NCBI GenBank assembly: GCA_000004985.1
Contig: GG738930.1
Origin: Naegleria gruberi
Lineage: Eukaryota
Strand: one strand, 5' to 3'
Length of the DNA: 64,000 bases
In this document: positions 20,530 to 31,822 of the stretch, in pieces
How positions within the stretch are numbered: the first letter of the stretch is position 1
Layout: each line of letters opens with the position of its first letter
Notes under the pieces: model-generated
Told to the model about the DNA's origin: nothing
What the model saw: the letters and a program-made list of their open reading frames with translations, nothing else
The model's database searches: none
Made by a program: the position numbers and the translations under genes

Positions 20530-22211
20530 ACTCTTCTCATTATTTCAACTGCAAGGGCTGTGTTTCCACTTTCTGTGGTGCTAGCTGGGGCATTATTACC
20601 AACAAAGCTTGCTGCCATGATTAACAAGTTGACATCTGTAACACTACGTAAGTTTGCTGATTTGATGAATTTTCTTGCCAACTCCAAATCTGAACCTTCT
20701 CCACCCTTTGTTTTCAATGTGTTAAATTTAATGAACATGATAATACTCTTGTTCATCTTTTTTGTTGTCAATTCAGAGACAATATTGGATACGGAATGGC
20801 TGTCTGAAAAGTATTCGTTCAATACTGTTCTTATCGATCTCATCTTTAGTCTTGTATAAATTTCCATAATCACATATCCAAGTATGAAACCAACAATCAT
20901 CAGAGCCAATGTTATTCCTGTTAAGATTCCTCCAATTAATTCCTTGTCAATGGTTGAATCTCTTGTGACAAGCAAACAAACAAGAGGTCCTAAACTTCCC
21001 AAAGCCCTTGAAACTCCAACTCCACAATAAACACAATTCTCCCACCTTCTGTAGAAGGGTATTGCCACAAATAGTGAAACAATAAAGAGAATGCTCAACA
21101 AGAATTTGATACCAGCGGAAATAACACACAACTCATAAGTTAAAACTACTGTCAGTATGATACCAACTTGGTTATTGAGTAACAAGAGACATAGTGGATA
21201 AATTCTATCTAGTACGAATACTGTCCTGGTTCCTCTTGTTGGAATAGTTTCATATACAAGATAAAAACCTAATACAGAAATACCTAGTGTCAAAATTGCC
21301 CCTATACATCCAATAACAATGAGACCAATGTTAACAGAGGCTGTAAATAATGGTGTTGTGAAATGTTTCATATAAATTTCGGTTGATGATGATGTGGAGA
21401 AGATATTCATGTTAACAGCTAGAGGGTATGTATGTACAAAAAGCATGAATGGTGAAAGTATAATTACAATTATTATGAATAGTCTGGATACCATTTTGAT
21501 TTTGTCATTGTATCTGCTTCCATTCTTGATTCCTACTCTGTATGCATAAAAGCAAATCAAACATAGAATTTCAACGAATAGCCATATTGCAGAAAATGTA
21601 TAAACTAGCTCATAAGGATAATATTGTATTCCAAAATCAAGAGGAAAATGCAAAACTCTCCAAATCCAACCACCAACAACACCCCACATTGCTCCACTAC
21701 TCTCCTCACTCGCAGTCGTTGTTATTGAACAGGTTATCAAAGAATAGTATATCATGTAAATATGTAACATAATCCATGCGACTGCTTGGTATTTGCTCTT
21801 GATGAAAGATTCATTCCTCTTGAAAGAAACAATAAATTCAAATATGGAATTACGAAATGCTAGTAATGGTGATTGAGGATTTGTAAAGGCTGATGATGAA
21901 TAACTGGTATTACTTCCCACATAGGAAGCTTCACCCTTATTCATTGGTTGATTTGCAACTTCTTCATCTTGCGAGTTTTTGATGGGTTTTCCCCAATATT
22001 GGTCATCATCTTCATCTTCCATCAAATTCTTTGTGCTTCCATGTGAGGATGGTGTTGGAATAGGTGAGGAATGATGTTGTTGATGTTGAGAATGATGTGG
22101 ATCTAAATGATGCACAGATGTATTGCTCTTGTCTCGCCTTATCGAGATGGGCTGAGGATCATCACCATTGCCCAATGTTGTTGTTGTTGTATTGATGTGA
22201 GGGTGAGACAT
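20526..22211 (-). CDS. polytopic membrane protein (about 10 predicted TM helices) with a His/Gln-rich N-terminus
   Basis: ATG at 22211. Repeated 20-25 aa hydrophobic segments. No family recognised. The stop TGA (20528-20526) overlaps the TTG at 20529-20527 that the track used as the start of the next ORF. Confidence 0.5.
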   Translation of the reverse strand: MSHPHINTTTTTLGNGDDPQPISIRRDKSNTSVHHLDPHHSQHQQHHSSPIPTPSSHGSTKNLMEDEDDDQYWGKPIKNSQDEEVANQPMNKGEASYVGSNTSYSSSAFTNPQSPLLAFRNSIFEFIVSFKRNESFIKSKYQAVAWIMLHIYMIYYSLITCSITTTASEESSGAMWGVVGGWIWRVLHFPLDFGIQYYPYELVYTFSAIWLFVEILCLICFYAYRVGIKNGSRYNDKIKMVSRLFIIIVIILSPFMLFVHTYPLAVNMNIFSTSSSTEIYMKHFTTPLFTASVNIGLIVIGCIGAILTLGISVLGFYLVYETIPTRGTRTVFVLDRIYPLCLLLLNNQVGIILTVVLTYELCVISAGIKFLLSILFIVSLFVAIPFYRRWENCVYCGVGVSRALGSLGPLVCLLVTRDSTIDKELIGGILTGITLALMIVGFILGYVIMEIYTRLKMRSIRTVLNEYFSDSHSVSNIVSELTTKKMNKSIIMFIKFNTLKTKGGEGSDLELARKFIKSANLRSVTDVNLLIMAASFVGNNAPASTTESGNTALAVEIMRRV

Positions 22212-22735
22212 CGAGGGGTTTTTTTCTTAGCTTTTTTCAACTACAAGTATCTTATATTTTGGCGGGAGTATAATGTCGCTTTTAGAGACGGCATCGCACA
22301 TTTGAGACCTTAATCAATGAATTGTGCTCTCCAATTTAAAAATTTCCCTTTGCATCTTAATAAGCTGAGAATGATCGGTTTTGTCCTTCTGCCGAGATTC
22401 TAAACCCGCTTATGTTCAGATTTCAATTGAAGGGAGAAGATATGATATTCCAATGGTAATGTGGGCGTATTATTGTGTGTTCATTATTCATTGTATTTTA
22501 CAATTATTACTGCTCTAAAGAGAGAGATTATCATTCCGTAACAATTGTTTTGTGCTTGCGAGATCGTATTAAATATTAATTATTTTTGTTACTGTAATTT
22601 ATACGTCTTGTTTTGGATTAATCTCTACAGGTTCTTTGCTGAGAACATTTGTGTTGTTCTTTTAATTATTATTATTAATATATTTCCTAATCGTCTGATG
22701 AAGAAGAATACATGTTGTTGTTTTTGTTTTGAATA

Positions 22736-23349
22736 NNNNNNNNNNNNNNNNNNNNNNNNNNNNNNNNNNNNNNNNNNNNNNNNNNNNNNNNNNNNNNNNN
22801 NNNNNNNNNNNNNNNNNNNNNNNNNNNNNNNNNNNNNNNNNNNNNNNNNNNNNNNNNNNNNNNNNNNNNNNNNNNNNNNNNNNNNNNNNNNNNNNNNNNN
22901 NNNNNNNNNNNNNNNNNNNNNNNNNNNNNNNNNNNNNNNNNNNNNNNNNNNNNNNNNNNNNNNNNNNNNNNNNNNNNNNNNNNNNNNNNNNNNNNNNNNN
23001 NNNNNNNNNNNNNNNNNNNNNNNNNNNNNNNNNNNNNNNNNNNNNNNNNNNNNNNNNNNNNNNNNNNNNNNNNNNNNNNNNNNNNNNNNNNNNNNNNNNN
23101 NNNNNNNNNNNNNNNNNNNNNNNNNNNNNNNNNNNNNNNNNNNNNNNNNNNNNNNNNNNNNNNNNNNNNNNNNNNNNNNNNNNNNNNNNNNNNNNNNNNN
23201 NNNNNNNNNNNNNNNNNNNNNNNNNNNNNNNNNNNNNNNNNNNNNNNNNNNNNNNNNNNNNNNNNNNNNNNNNNNNNNNNNNNNNNNNNNNNNNNNNNNN
23301 NNNNNNNNNNNNNNNNNNNNNNNNNNNNNNNNNNNNNNNNNNNNNNNNN
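22736..23349. other. assembly gap (N run)
   Basis: 614 n. Confidence 1.
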
Positions 23350-23453
23350 ATAGATGCGAAGGATTGTTTGGATTCTCCAAATTGATGAAAATGTTTTGGA
23401 ATTTTTCATAACTTAGTGCAAGGAATTGTTTCAATTACATAGACAAAAAAAAG

Positions 23454-25046
23454 ATGAATCCATTTCTTAACCTTGATTCTCTGATATTGAATTTGACTGA
23501 TAATGATAATAATTTATTGGAAGACTTTCCAACAATTGGCAGTGTTACCAACACTGAAGAAAGTAATAGTTCAAGTCCACTAACAGAAGAATTATCTGAA
23601 ACCAATAGTGACAATCAAACATCTAATGAAGTTGACTTTCATCCCATCTCTTGTATTCGTTGTAGGCGTATGCACAAATATTGTTGTAAGTATTCCACAT
23701 AATATGTCAGAATTATGAGAATGTAACAAAACATGCAAATAGCCAAGAACAAACCTGCATGTGAAAGATGTACCTCGAGAGGTGTTGAATGCATCTATAG
23801 AGAACCTAAGAAAATCTTGAAAAGTAAGGAACATTCACCAACATCAACAAGCAAGAGAAAGAGGGATGCATCATCTGACCATCAAGTGGATGATAATCAT
23901 CCCTCACCCAAGCATGTGGTGGTCAATTTGGAAGAAGCACATGTCAATACAACAACCATTGAACATTATGCACCATGGTACTTTTCCATGCCTCTTCCTC
24001 TCAACTTTTTTGTTACGAGTGTGACTAGGAGGGAAAACATGCATTTAAATAGAGATTTATTTGAACAGTACTTTGGAAAATATCAAGCATGCGAATCACC
24101 AGAAAGTTACATGCTGGAAAGGAATGCCTTTTATTGGAGTGTGCAAGCTCTGTTATATCAATCATGTGGAAAGTTGAATTTGGCTGAGGAATGTGGTATG
24201 AAATCGAGAAATTTAATTTCAAAAAGTTTCAATCCAAGTTGTATTATAGTTTCGTATACATATCTAAATTTAGGACTCTTCGAAACGGGAAGAGGAAATG
24301 TAGAAATTTCAAATTTTGATTTGCACTGTTGCAAATTTGGAATGCAAGCCAACATTTCAAATGGAGAGTTGAAGAATGAGAATTTGGCAAGGACTGTTTC
24401 ATTTGTTGAGCAATTTTCTTTGGGTGAGATGGATGTGTTGCGCCTTGCAAGTCGACTACCTTTCATCTTTGAGTTTATTTGTGGAAATGCATTAGCATCT
24501 CAATTGGTGAATTTATTGCAACAAAATATTACAAAAGAAAATTGTCATGATATTGTCAGTACAGGATCAGACATTGTAAAATTGTGTATTTCTAACATTC
24601 GAGCCAGAATAACCAAAGATTCCAACAATGATGAAAACTCTTCACAAAATGGATTTGAATTCACTCAAACATTATTAATTGAAGGATTGAAAATGGGAGT
24701 TTTTATTTCTTCCCTTAGTAGAACTGACCTCATAGAAGAATGTAGCTTGAAAATAACCTATCTGTGTGAAAGTGATGCTTTCAATCATTGTAGCTTGTTC
24801 ATGATTCCATTCATTGTAATGGCCACACGTGTTAACTTGCAAGTGGTGAAATCCATCTCCAATGGTTCAAGAATTAATGCTCCCATAGGAGTGGGCGAGC
24901 TTGGAAATCTGCAACCAATAGATTATTATGGAATTCTGCGAAGAAATCAAAGAGCTCTCCACTCTTTAAACTCTCGATTTTCAATCGTTTCGATTGTTCA
25001 TGGAAAATTGATGGCATCAATAGGTGAAATACTTGCAAACAAATAA
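23454..25046 (+). CDS. Zn(II)2Cys6 binuclear-cluster (Gal4-type) DNA-binding protein; exons 23454..23685 and 23743..25046
   Basis: Two ORFs join through a 57-nt GTAAGT..TAG intron at 23686..23742. Joined, they give C-IR-C-RRMHKY-C-SKNKPA-C-ER-C-TSRGVE-C. That is exactly the Gal4 spacing C-X2-C-X6-C-X6-C-X2-C-X6-C, including the conserved K-P before the fourth Cys. The intron falls between the third and fourth cysteines. Gap 22736-23349 lies upstream, so further 5' exons cannot be excluded. Confidence 0.6.
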
Positions 25047-25269
25047 AGTATCCAAAATGTGCCTCATTGAAAATCACGAATTATATTCCACTTGTATATC
25101 TCCGTCAAGTTCAAATCAAAGTTTCCCACTTCTCCAAAAATTGCCATTACACTAGTTTTCACTTCACCAACATATAAAAATCAATAAAACATTTCAACAG
25201 AAGTTGGTATCATTTATTAATGACAGTTTCTTGTGAAAGGAGTTTCTTCCACACGTGTTTTAATAAATC

Positions 25270-25512
25270 TTAAGCATTGTTGCATTGTTCGACCATGCCT
25301 GGAATTAAACAAGCATCAATTAACCAACCAATACCACACAAAGCACCAGTGAGGAGGTAAACAATACCCATAATTGGTGAATTCAAGTAGAATCTAATCA
25401 TGAAACTAAACTAAACCATGCACACAACAATCGAAACTTACCTATGGATACCAAGGAATCCAAACAAGAACCACAAAATGTAAGCAATAGCAATATCCTT
25501 TTGTTCAGCCAT
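25270..25512 (-). CDS. TM2-domain protein (64 aa); exons 25512..25442 and 25393..25270
   Basis: Not in the ORF track. By hand: ATG (rc of 25510-25512) MAEQKDIAIAYILWFLFGFLGIHR, then a 48-nt GTAAGT..TAG intron (25441..25394), then FYLNSPIMGIVYLLTGALCGIGWLIDACLIPGMVEQCNNA and TAA. This matches the TM2-domain signature G.HRFYLg....G..qL.t.GG.GIWwLiD..lI. Confidence 0.7.
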
Positions 25513-25989
25513 TTTTTTCAAGTGTTAAATCTTTAGTTTGGTTTCGTTATTATAACTGTCATGGAATTTATACCTTGTTACACGCACTGAGGGTAAATGT
25601 TAAAAGAGCGTTAATCATCACACCCTAAAAGGAGTGTTTTAATGGCAATGAAGAAACTAAACTAAACCAAGATAATTGACATAACTCTGTAATATGGTGG
25701 CCATGGTTTTCTGAAAAGTTGCGATGATGGCTATTCTGTAAATACTCCAATGTCACTTTCCTTTTGACTGAGGTTTGTTGACTTTTGACTTGTATGAAAT
25801 GTCACTTTCTTTCTAAGGGTTGTTTGTTGTTACAAACCAAAGTGCATCAATAGTTTACAATTGTTGTTTCTGTAGTGCGTTGTCGGTAAAGCGAGTCCGA
25901 TTTTGAATGGCTTCCTTAACGAAAATCAATAAAATATACTATTCAAAACAGAAGAACAAAGTTAAAGATAAAAAAATTAATCATTATCA

Positions 25990-26523
25990 ATGGCCACATC
26001 AGAGAAGAGTTTAATCCTAGCCTATCTGCTTTGGTTTCTATTCGGATTTTTTGGCTTTCATAGGTAAGTCCTTATTATCGACCTTTCTTCCACTTTCCTC
26101 CAGATTCTACTTGGATTCTCCAATCATGGGAATACTCTTCTTCTTCACAGGCGCTTTCTGTGGCGTAAGTACCTTCCAACCAACCCATAAATCCTCTAAC
26201 TCTCCTATCAGTTTGGTTGGCTAATTGACTTTTGTCTCATTCCTCATCTCATCCACCAATCCAATTCGAAACACACAATTTCCACAACAACAACAATTTT
26301 AAATTCAAATCCAACAAATTTTAATAATCAAAATCCAAATGTTGTAAATAATCAAATTGACAACAGCAATCAAAATAATTTTGTTCAACCACCTTCGTTT
26401 AATATAAAGGCAGTTCAGCCAATGATGATGTCGATGGAACAGCAACCTGCGTATGTGCAGGCAGGTGTTGTGGGGTATGATTTACAGCAACTACCACCTC
26501 CTGCTTATTCATTTCAACAATAA
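25990..26523 (+). CDS. TM2-domain protein (148 aa) with an Asn/Gln-rich tail; exons 25990..26063, 26104..26164 and 26212..26523
   Basis: Not in the ORF track. By hand: MATSEKSLILAYLLWFLFGFFGFH-R (40-nt intron 26064..26103, GTAAGT..CAG), then FYLDSPIMGILFFFTGAFCG (47-nt intron 26165..26211, GTAAGT..CAG), then FGWLIDFCLIP and a low-complexity tail to TAA at 26521-26523. The first intron sits at the identical position and phase (CAT AG|A) as in the divergent paralogue at 25270..25512. Confidence 0.7.
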
Positions 26524-26684
26524 GTTTAATAAAAATCTATTCGAAAAAAGTTTAGTTTCGAATTGGATTCTTTTCCTTTTTACTAAATTTGATTCAAACA
26601 TACCAATTTTGGAGTCGTACTGGAACCTGTAATTAGATGTTGTGATAATTGGAAAGTTTTGAAATTGCGTTTCCAATAAAAAAA

Positions 26685-29195
26685 ATGCAACCTAGACTAT
26701 TCTTCATCTTTGTTTGTCTCATTCTCATTTTCGAATATTCAACTTGCAATGATATTAGAATCATCAAACCAATCAATCTTCAAAGTCAACTACAAGATAT
26801 CTCTGAACCATTCTCCATCATTTCTATTCGAAAGTATTACAGTTTAATCATTAATAATATAGCTCCAATCATGGGCAAAAGTGCAGAATTTCTTGACGAT
26901 TCAACAACTCTTGCTTCATTCTCCAACCTTTCCTGCGTTTTAAATATTCCATCCAATGGTGAATTAGCTCCATATGACAAGTCAATTGTCAACTCGATAG
27001 AAACGACAAGCTCTGTATGTTCATCTTTCATTTTGGTTGAAAGAGGAAACATGCAAATCGATGCAGCACATCATGCCTACCTAGTTTTGGGCGAAGAACC
27101 AACTTTAATGATTTCTCCGAATGATTTAATTCCACTTTGGTCAATTGTGTTGAAAAATGCAATGTTTTATGAGAATACTCGATTTGGAATTTGGAATAGG
27201 ACAATTGACCAGGTGTTTACATTATCACCGATATATTTTACACCTTATTCTGTTGAATATGTATTGGATAATCAATTAGAAAGTGAAAGAAATGAAATTG
27301 TGAAAGAATTGGAAGAGGAAATTTTGGTTGACTTGGAACTTTTTGAAATAGTTCATCGAATTCAATTAGCGGAAGGGAGAGTAATGGGATTTAGTTCGAT
27401 TAGAGTGGACGAAACATTTTTTTGTAATTCAACATTACATAATTCAACTTTTGTGGAAGAATATCACAATGCCTTATATAGAATTGATTTCTATTTATAT
27501 ATAATACTTAATCTAGGTTTAGTCAATTCAAGTGGTACAATTTCTGGTATTCAGGATATTGATTTGGTATTTAGTGATGGGAAATTTCGTAAATTTAATC
27601 CAAATTTCATATTAGAATCTATTCGAAACGTATTACAACGAGGAGGTTTCAACAATTATCTATCCTATTCTCATCCTAACTCTTCTTTCGACATGCACTA
27701 CTTTTCAAACTTACAAAAATCAAATATACGATCAGTTTCTGAACTCATGATTCATTCCTACTGTTTCAGTTATTACAATCACTATGCCTCTCAATACTAT
27801 TTCAGAGATAGCTCTCTATTTTACCTAATCTTCAATGATGTGATTTACTTTCTACTAGCATTCACTGGAATTGCCCTCCTCCTTCTCAACATCACAAGTT
27901 ATTCATTGGATTTCAATCTTTTCCTAAAGAAGAGAATTTTACTTCCCCTCATGGGACCTCCTACCTTAATATTGATAAGTTTGTGTTATACAGTTGCGAT
28001 CAGATCAAAGTTATCGGTTGCAACTTATTGGATTCTCATGATTATTATTGTGTTTCCAGTTCCAGTTTTGATAGGTTCATATATGGTAACACTTTTTAGG
28101 TTTTCCTATTTAAAGAATATGGATTTGTGGCAGAAAGTTGTTTTCAAACATCCCAAAATTCAAAGACATTTGGCATCTGTCAAATCCTCAGTGGTTATTT
28201 CATTAATTTTGACATTGGCAGGTTTCGTCATTTGTGCAGCTCCTGTCATTGGTGCTTCTCTCGCTGTTTTATATAGCAGTTTGAGTGTTCCACAGGAGAT
28301 GTTCATTATCATGTTTGCTGCTGAGATTTTGTACATGTTAATTCTTGCAGTAATTTTCTTTACTGTTGATTTGAAGAATAATGGCGCCAAAATTATTAGA
28401 CGAAAGGGAATAGGATACTTTTTCTTCTTTGATGATCCGTTTTATTATAGAATTGACTTGTTAATTATGATGGTTATGATGTTGTTGATTATTCCAATAA
28501 TTGTTGGTTCTTTGAATGATACACTTTCGTATTTTATTGTTCGAAAGGTATTCTCATTGATTTTCTTCATGATGTTTTATTCGATAATTGGTGGAACTGT
28601 TACAATATTTTATTGGATTGGCAAAGTGAAACGATTATTATTTAGGAATAAGGAAGAAGAACCATTAGTTACACAATTAGAAAGTTTGTTGGAAGACGAA
28701 ACTTTCAGAGAAATATTCAAATCTTATTCAAAGAATGAATTTTCAATGGAGAATATTCTTCTATATGAGGAATTGGAAAGATTGAGAAAACAAAGGAAAT
28801 GTACACTGCAAGATTTGAAAAATTTATTCGAAACCTTTCTTTCAGCAACAGCAGTTCACGAAGTCAATTTTCCATCAGGAATTAAAAAGAGTTATCAAGA
28901 AATTATGGACTCTTACAAGGACGACATTTCAGATAATAGTGAAGGCAGTAATCTTTCAAAATTTGTTTCGAATTTAGCAAACCTAAACCTTCAGGATCAA
29001 TTAAAACACCAAACCAAAAAGGAAAATTCAAGAATTGAGCAAGTTTTCGAACTACTTAGACCTGATCTACTGAAAAACATGTTAGACACCTTTTCTCGAT
29101 TAGAAACCACTCCAGAATTTATCAATTGGAAGAAAATGAAAGAAATTCAAGTTTGTGAACTTGGAGAAGAAAAATCAAAGGAAGAAAATGTTTAA
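26685..29195 (+). CDS. 7-TM receptor-like protein with a large N-terminal ectodomain and a C-terminal RGS domain
   Basis: The track start at 26649 is TTG. The first ATG at 26685 begins a signal peptide (MQPRLFFIFVCLILIFEYSTC). Seven hydrophobic helices lie between about 27840 and 28620. The C-terminal FREIFKSYSKNEFSMENILLYEELERLRK..LFETFLSATAVHEVNFPS matches the RGS-domain consensus (F..FL.sEFSeENl.FW.a.e.fk....lf..yi...a..evNl). Confidence 0.65.
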   Translation: MQPRLFFIFVCLILIFEYSTCNDIRIIKPINLQSQLQDISEPFSIISIRKYYSLIINNIAPIMGKSAEFLDDSTTLASFSNLSCVLNIPSNGELAPYDKSIVNSIETTSSVCSSFILVERGNMQIDAAHHAYLVLGEEPTLMISPNDLIPLWSIVLKNAMFYENTRFGIWNRTIDQVFTLSPIYFTPYSVEYVLDNQLESERNEIVKELEEEILVDLELFEIVHRIQLAEGRVMGFSSIRVDETFFCNSTLHNSTFVEEYHNALYRIDFYLYIILNLGLVNSSGTISGIQDIDLVFSDGKFRKFNPNFILESIRNVLQRGGFNNYLSYSHPNSSFDMHYFSNLQKSNIRSVSELMIHSYCFSYYNHYASQYYFRDSSLFYLIFNDVIYFLLAFTGIALLLLNITSYSLDFNLFLKKRILLPLMGPPTLILISLCYTVAIRSKLSVATYWILMIIIVFPVPVLIGSYMVTLFRFSYLKNMDLWQKVVFKHPKIQRHLASVKSSVVISLILTLAGFVICAAPVIGASLAVLYSSLSVPQEMFIIMFAAEILYMLILAVIFFTVDLKNNGAKIIRRKGIGYFFFFDDPFYYRIDLLIMMVMMLLIIPIIVGSLNDTLSYFIVRKVFSLIFFMMFYSIIGGTVTIFYWIGKVKRLLFRNKEEEPLVTQLESLLEDETFREIFKSYSKNEFSMENILLYEELERLRKQRKCTLQDLKNLFETFLSATAVHEVNFPSGIKKSYQEIMDSYKDDISDNSEGSNLSKFVSNLANLNLQDQLKHQTKKENSRIEQVFELLRPDLLKNMLDTFSRLETTPEFINWKKMKEIQVCELGEEKSKEENV

Positions 29196-29819
29196 ATTTT
29201 AAATAAATAGAAAAGATGAATAGTTGTCAAGTTAAATAATGAAAGAATGGAATGTTTATTAAAAGAATTTTGATTTACTTCCTTCTATCCATTTATGTAT
29301 TTGTTGTGGTTGACCGACATTTGGAAGATCCTCCAATTCCTTCGCATTCTTATTTGAAAACGGACACAAGTCTTTTGGTGTTGTGTTAGATAGACATTTC
29401 GTATGATGTTTTAATTCCTTCTTTAGATTCGGAAGGAAATGAGTAAAATTCGGGCAACGGTTGATTAGTTTAAAAGAAGGACGAATGTGGACGAAATTAA
29501 GATAACAAACATTAAAAAAATAGCACAAGAGATATCAAACAGAATGAATAACAATAATAATAACAACAATAACGAACAAATGAGCAATGAAGAGATAATT
29601 GCTCACGTGTGGAGATTTTATGCAGAATTTCTCAGTGAAGACAGGTAAGTTGTTGGTTGACCATTTCTTCTAATATTATTGACAGTAAATCGAAAGATAG
29701 AAGGTTTATTTTGAGTTGGTTTGCAAATTGACATGTTTCCATGAGCAATATTTGCAGAAATAGGTCTTATTCGAAACTAAATTTTATTCGAAATATTGAA
29801 AATATATCAGAAAGTCAAT

Positions 29820-30350
29820 CTATCCATTTGGAACATAACAAACAGAATATCCAATCTTATTCCACTTTCCATCCACACTCCAATTACAATTAGAATATTC
29901 ACAACTGAAAATATCACCTCTCAATGAAACTCTAATTTTTTCTGAACCAGATCCAATTTTTCCATCATTGGATTGACCTGAACTTCCACACACAATCAAA
30001 CCATCTCCAATAAATGCATTTCCATTCATTGTAAAAGTTACAGCCAAATTGGTAAATGTGTACAAATATGGTTCTGCAAAATTTGTGGCGCCAATTATAA
30101 TTCCTTTTGTGGATTTGAAAGAATTTGGTTGGATAAACATGGACAGGGCTGATTCTTTGAGAGGGAAAGTACGGAGGCCAATGGATTGGAATGATTGGTC
30201 ATTGTTGGACGAATATCCAGTGTAAAACATTGGATGGTCAACCGTGGTGTTGACTTGCAAGACGAAACGTTGTGCTGTTGTGAATGAGACGAAACTGCAC
30301 AAGAAAATCAAGATTGAAAGTGAGAGGATACTTTTGTGTTGTTGTTGCAT
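29820..30350 (-). CDS. secreted hypothetical protein (176 aa)
   Basis: ATG at 30350. N-terminal signal-peptide-like segment ILSLSILIFLCSFVSFTTAQ. Cys-containing C-terminus. No family recognised. Confidence 0.45.
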   Translation of the reverse strand: MQQQHKSILSLSILIFLCSFVSFTTAQRFVLQVNTTVDHPMFYTGYSSNNDQSFQSIGLRTFPLKESALSMFIQPNSFKSTKGIIIGATNFAEPYLYTFTNLAVTFTMNGNAFIGDGLIVCGSSGQSNDGKIGSGSEKIRVSLRGDIFSCEYSNCNWSVDGKWNKIGYSVCYVPNG

Positions 30351-30514
30351 TTTTTTTTTGCAAGACGAAAGGTGTGAGGCAAACTGTCCAAATAAATCCT
30401 ATTCGAAAATATCCGAAACACCTTGAATCATTGGCGAGTTTAGAATTATTGTAAATTGTTATTTGTTTATTATAATACATTAAATCATGGCTACTGCAAA
30501 ATATTTCCAGTTTC

Positions 30515-31822
30515 TTAAGCCATTTGACTTGTTTCTTGACTTTCTTCTGATTGACTAACTTCACTTGGTGAGGTCACTACGATATTAGAACCAGATTGAT
30601 GAAGTATGGAAGGTTCCTTTCCAACTTGTGATTTTCTACGTCCAAGAAGTGGAGATGGTGAAGAAGGATCTCCTTTCAATTCAAGATTTTGAGGAGTGGC
30701 AACTGACATGTTACTGGAAGAGGCATTCTTACCCTCTTGAGTCCAGTATGGAGCATAGCAAAACAAGACAAAGGAAGAGAATAAGGTTACTCCCAAACCA
30801 TGTAAAAAGTAGTCAATAATATGCAAGTCATCATTCAAAAGTGATGTGAAAACTGAAACAATAATTGACAGGATGGCACAAAGTTGGAAAATTAAAATAC
30901 CAATAATGAGACCAACTATCTTGGTATATGGACGGTTCATGAAGGATCTGAGAGTGTTGGTATGTTGAACTTGAGAAGCACCAAGAGAATTCTTTCTAAC
31001 AACGTAAATTAAACGAATGCCACTTGCCAAAAAGATAATAATTTCAGTAATGTTGATGGCAATGTAAACAATGAAGAGTGAAATGTAGATTGGAGTGACA
31101 TCAAACTTGATTTCTTGAATTTTGATTAATAAATTGATCAAACCATTGAGAATAGCCAAAATGATTTGAACAGTGACAGCAATAACTGTCACTACCATGA
31201 CAAACCAAAAGATAATAGTGTAAGCTTTCTTACTCATAGCACCTGCTCTCTCTACAGTTCTCAAACTATATTTCATCTATCAATATCACTCACAAAATAT
31301 ATTCGAAACTTACAAAATAATTTGAATAAATGACATGATAGCAATAGAAAATGGAATCATCTGCAAGAATGAAATCACATTCTCCATAAACGAAGTAGCC
31401 CACATCAACTTTAAATCCTCAATCACAGTGTCCTTTTCAATATTTGGAGTTACCAAATTAATATGTAGCCCAGTACAATTATAAATTAATCTCAAAACTA
31501 AAGCAACTAATTGAGTGAAAACAAAGGAGAAGAGCAAAACAAAGAGGATTTTCTGGTTTCTCATGATGGTATCCTTCGATTTTAAATAGTACATGACTAC
31601 GGTTGAGCAAATGATAATGTAAATTGGGATGAAAAAGCAAGTGTTGGCAATTGATGTGGCGTTTTGAATATATTGTGGAAATTTGGATCCTGATGTGATG
31701 GAACTGACTGTCATGTTAGTGAAATCAATTGCTCTTGGCTGGTAAGCCAAGTATTCACTCAACAATTGGTTTCCACCACTTTCTAATAATTTCGTCAAAG
31801 TATAGTCTATCAGTGAATTCAT
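30515..31822 (-). CDS. 7-TM membrane protein (GPCR-like topology, 419 aa); exons 31822..31314 and 31265..30515
   Basis: Two adjacent minus-strand ORFs, each with 3-4 hydrophobic helices. They join by a 48-nt intron (31313..31266, GTAAGT..ATATAG) in phase 2: ..FIQII-F-LRTVERAG... The first ORF's apparent stop TAA is the TAAG of the GTAAGT donor. Exon lengths are 509 + 751 = 1260 nt, which is 420 codons including the stop. Confidence 0.55.

Noticed and set aside
29527-29760. Small poly-Asn ORF (MNNNNNNNNNEQMSNEEIIAHVWRFYAEFLSED) with a GTAAGT..ACAG 41-nt intron candidate
   Set aside because: The spliced product is only about 48 aa before a stop. Extending it further would overlap the well-supported minus-strand gene at 29820..30350. 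I have no independent support.
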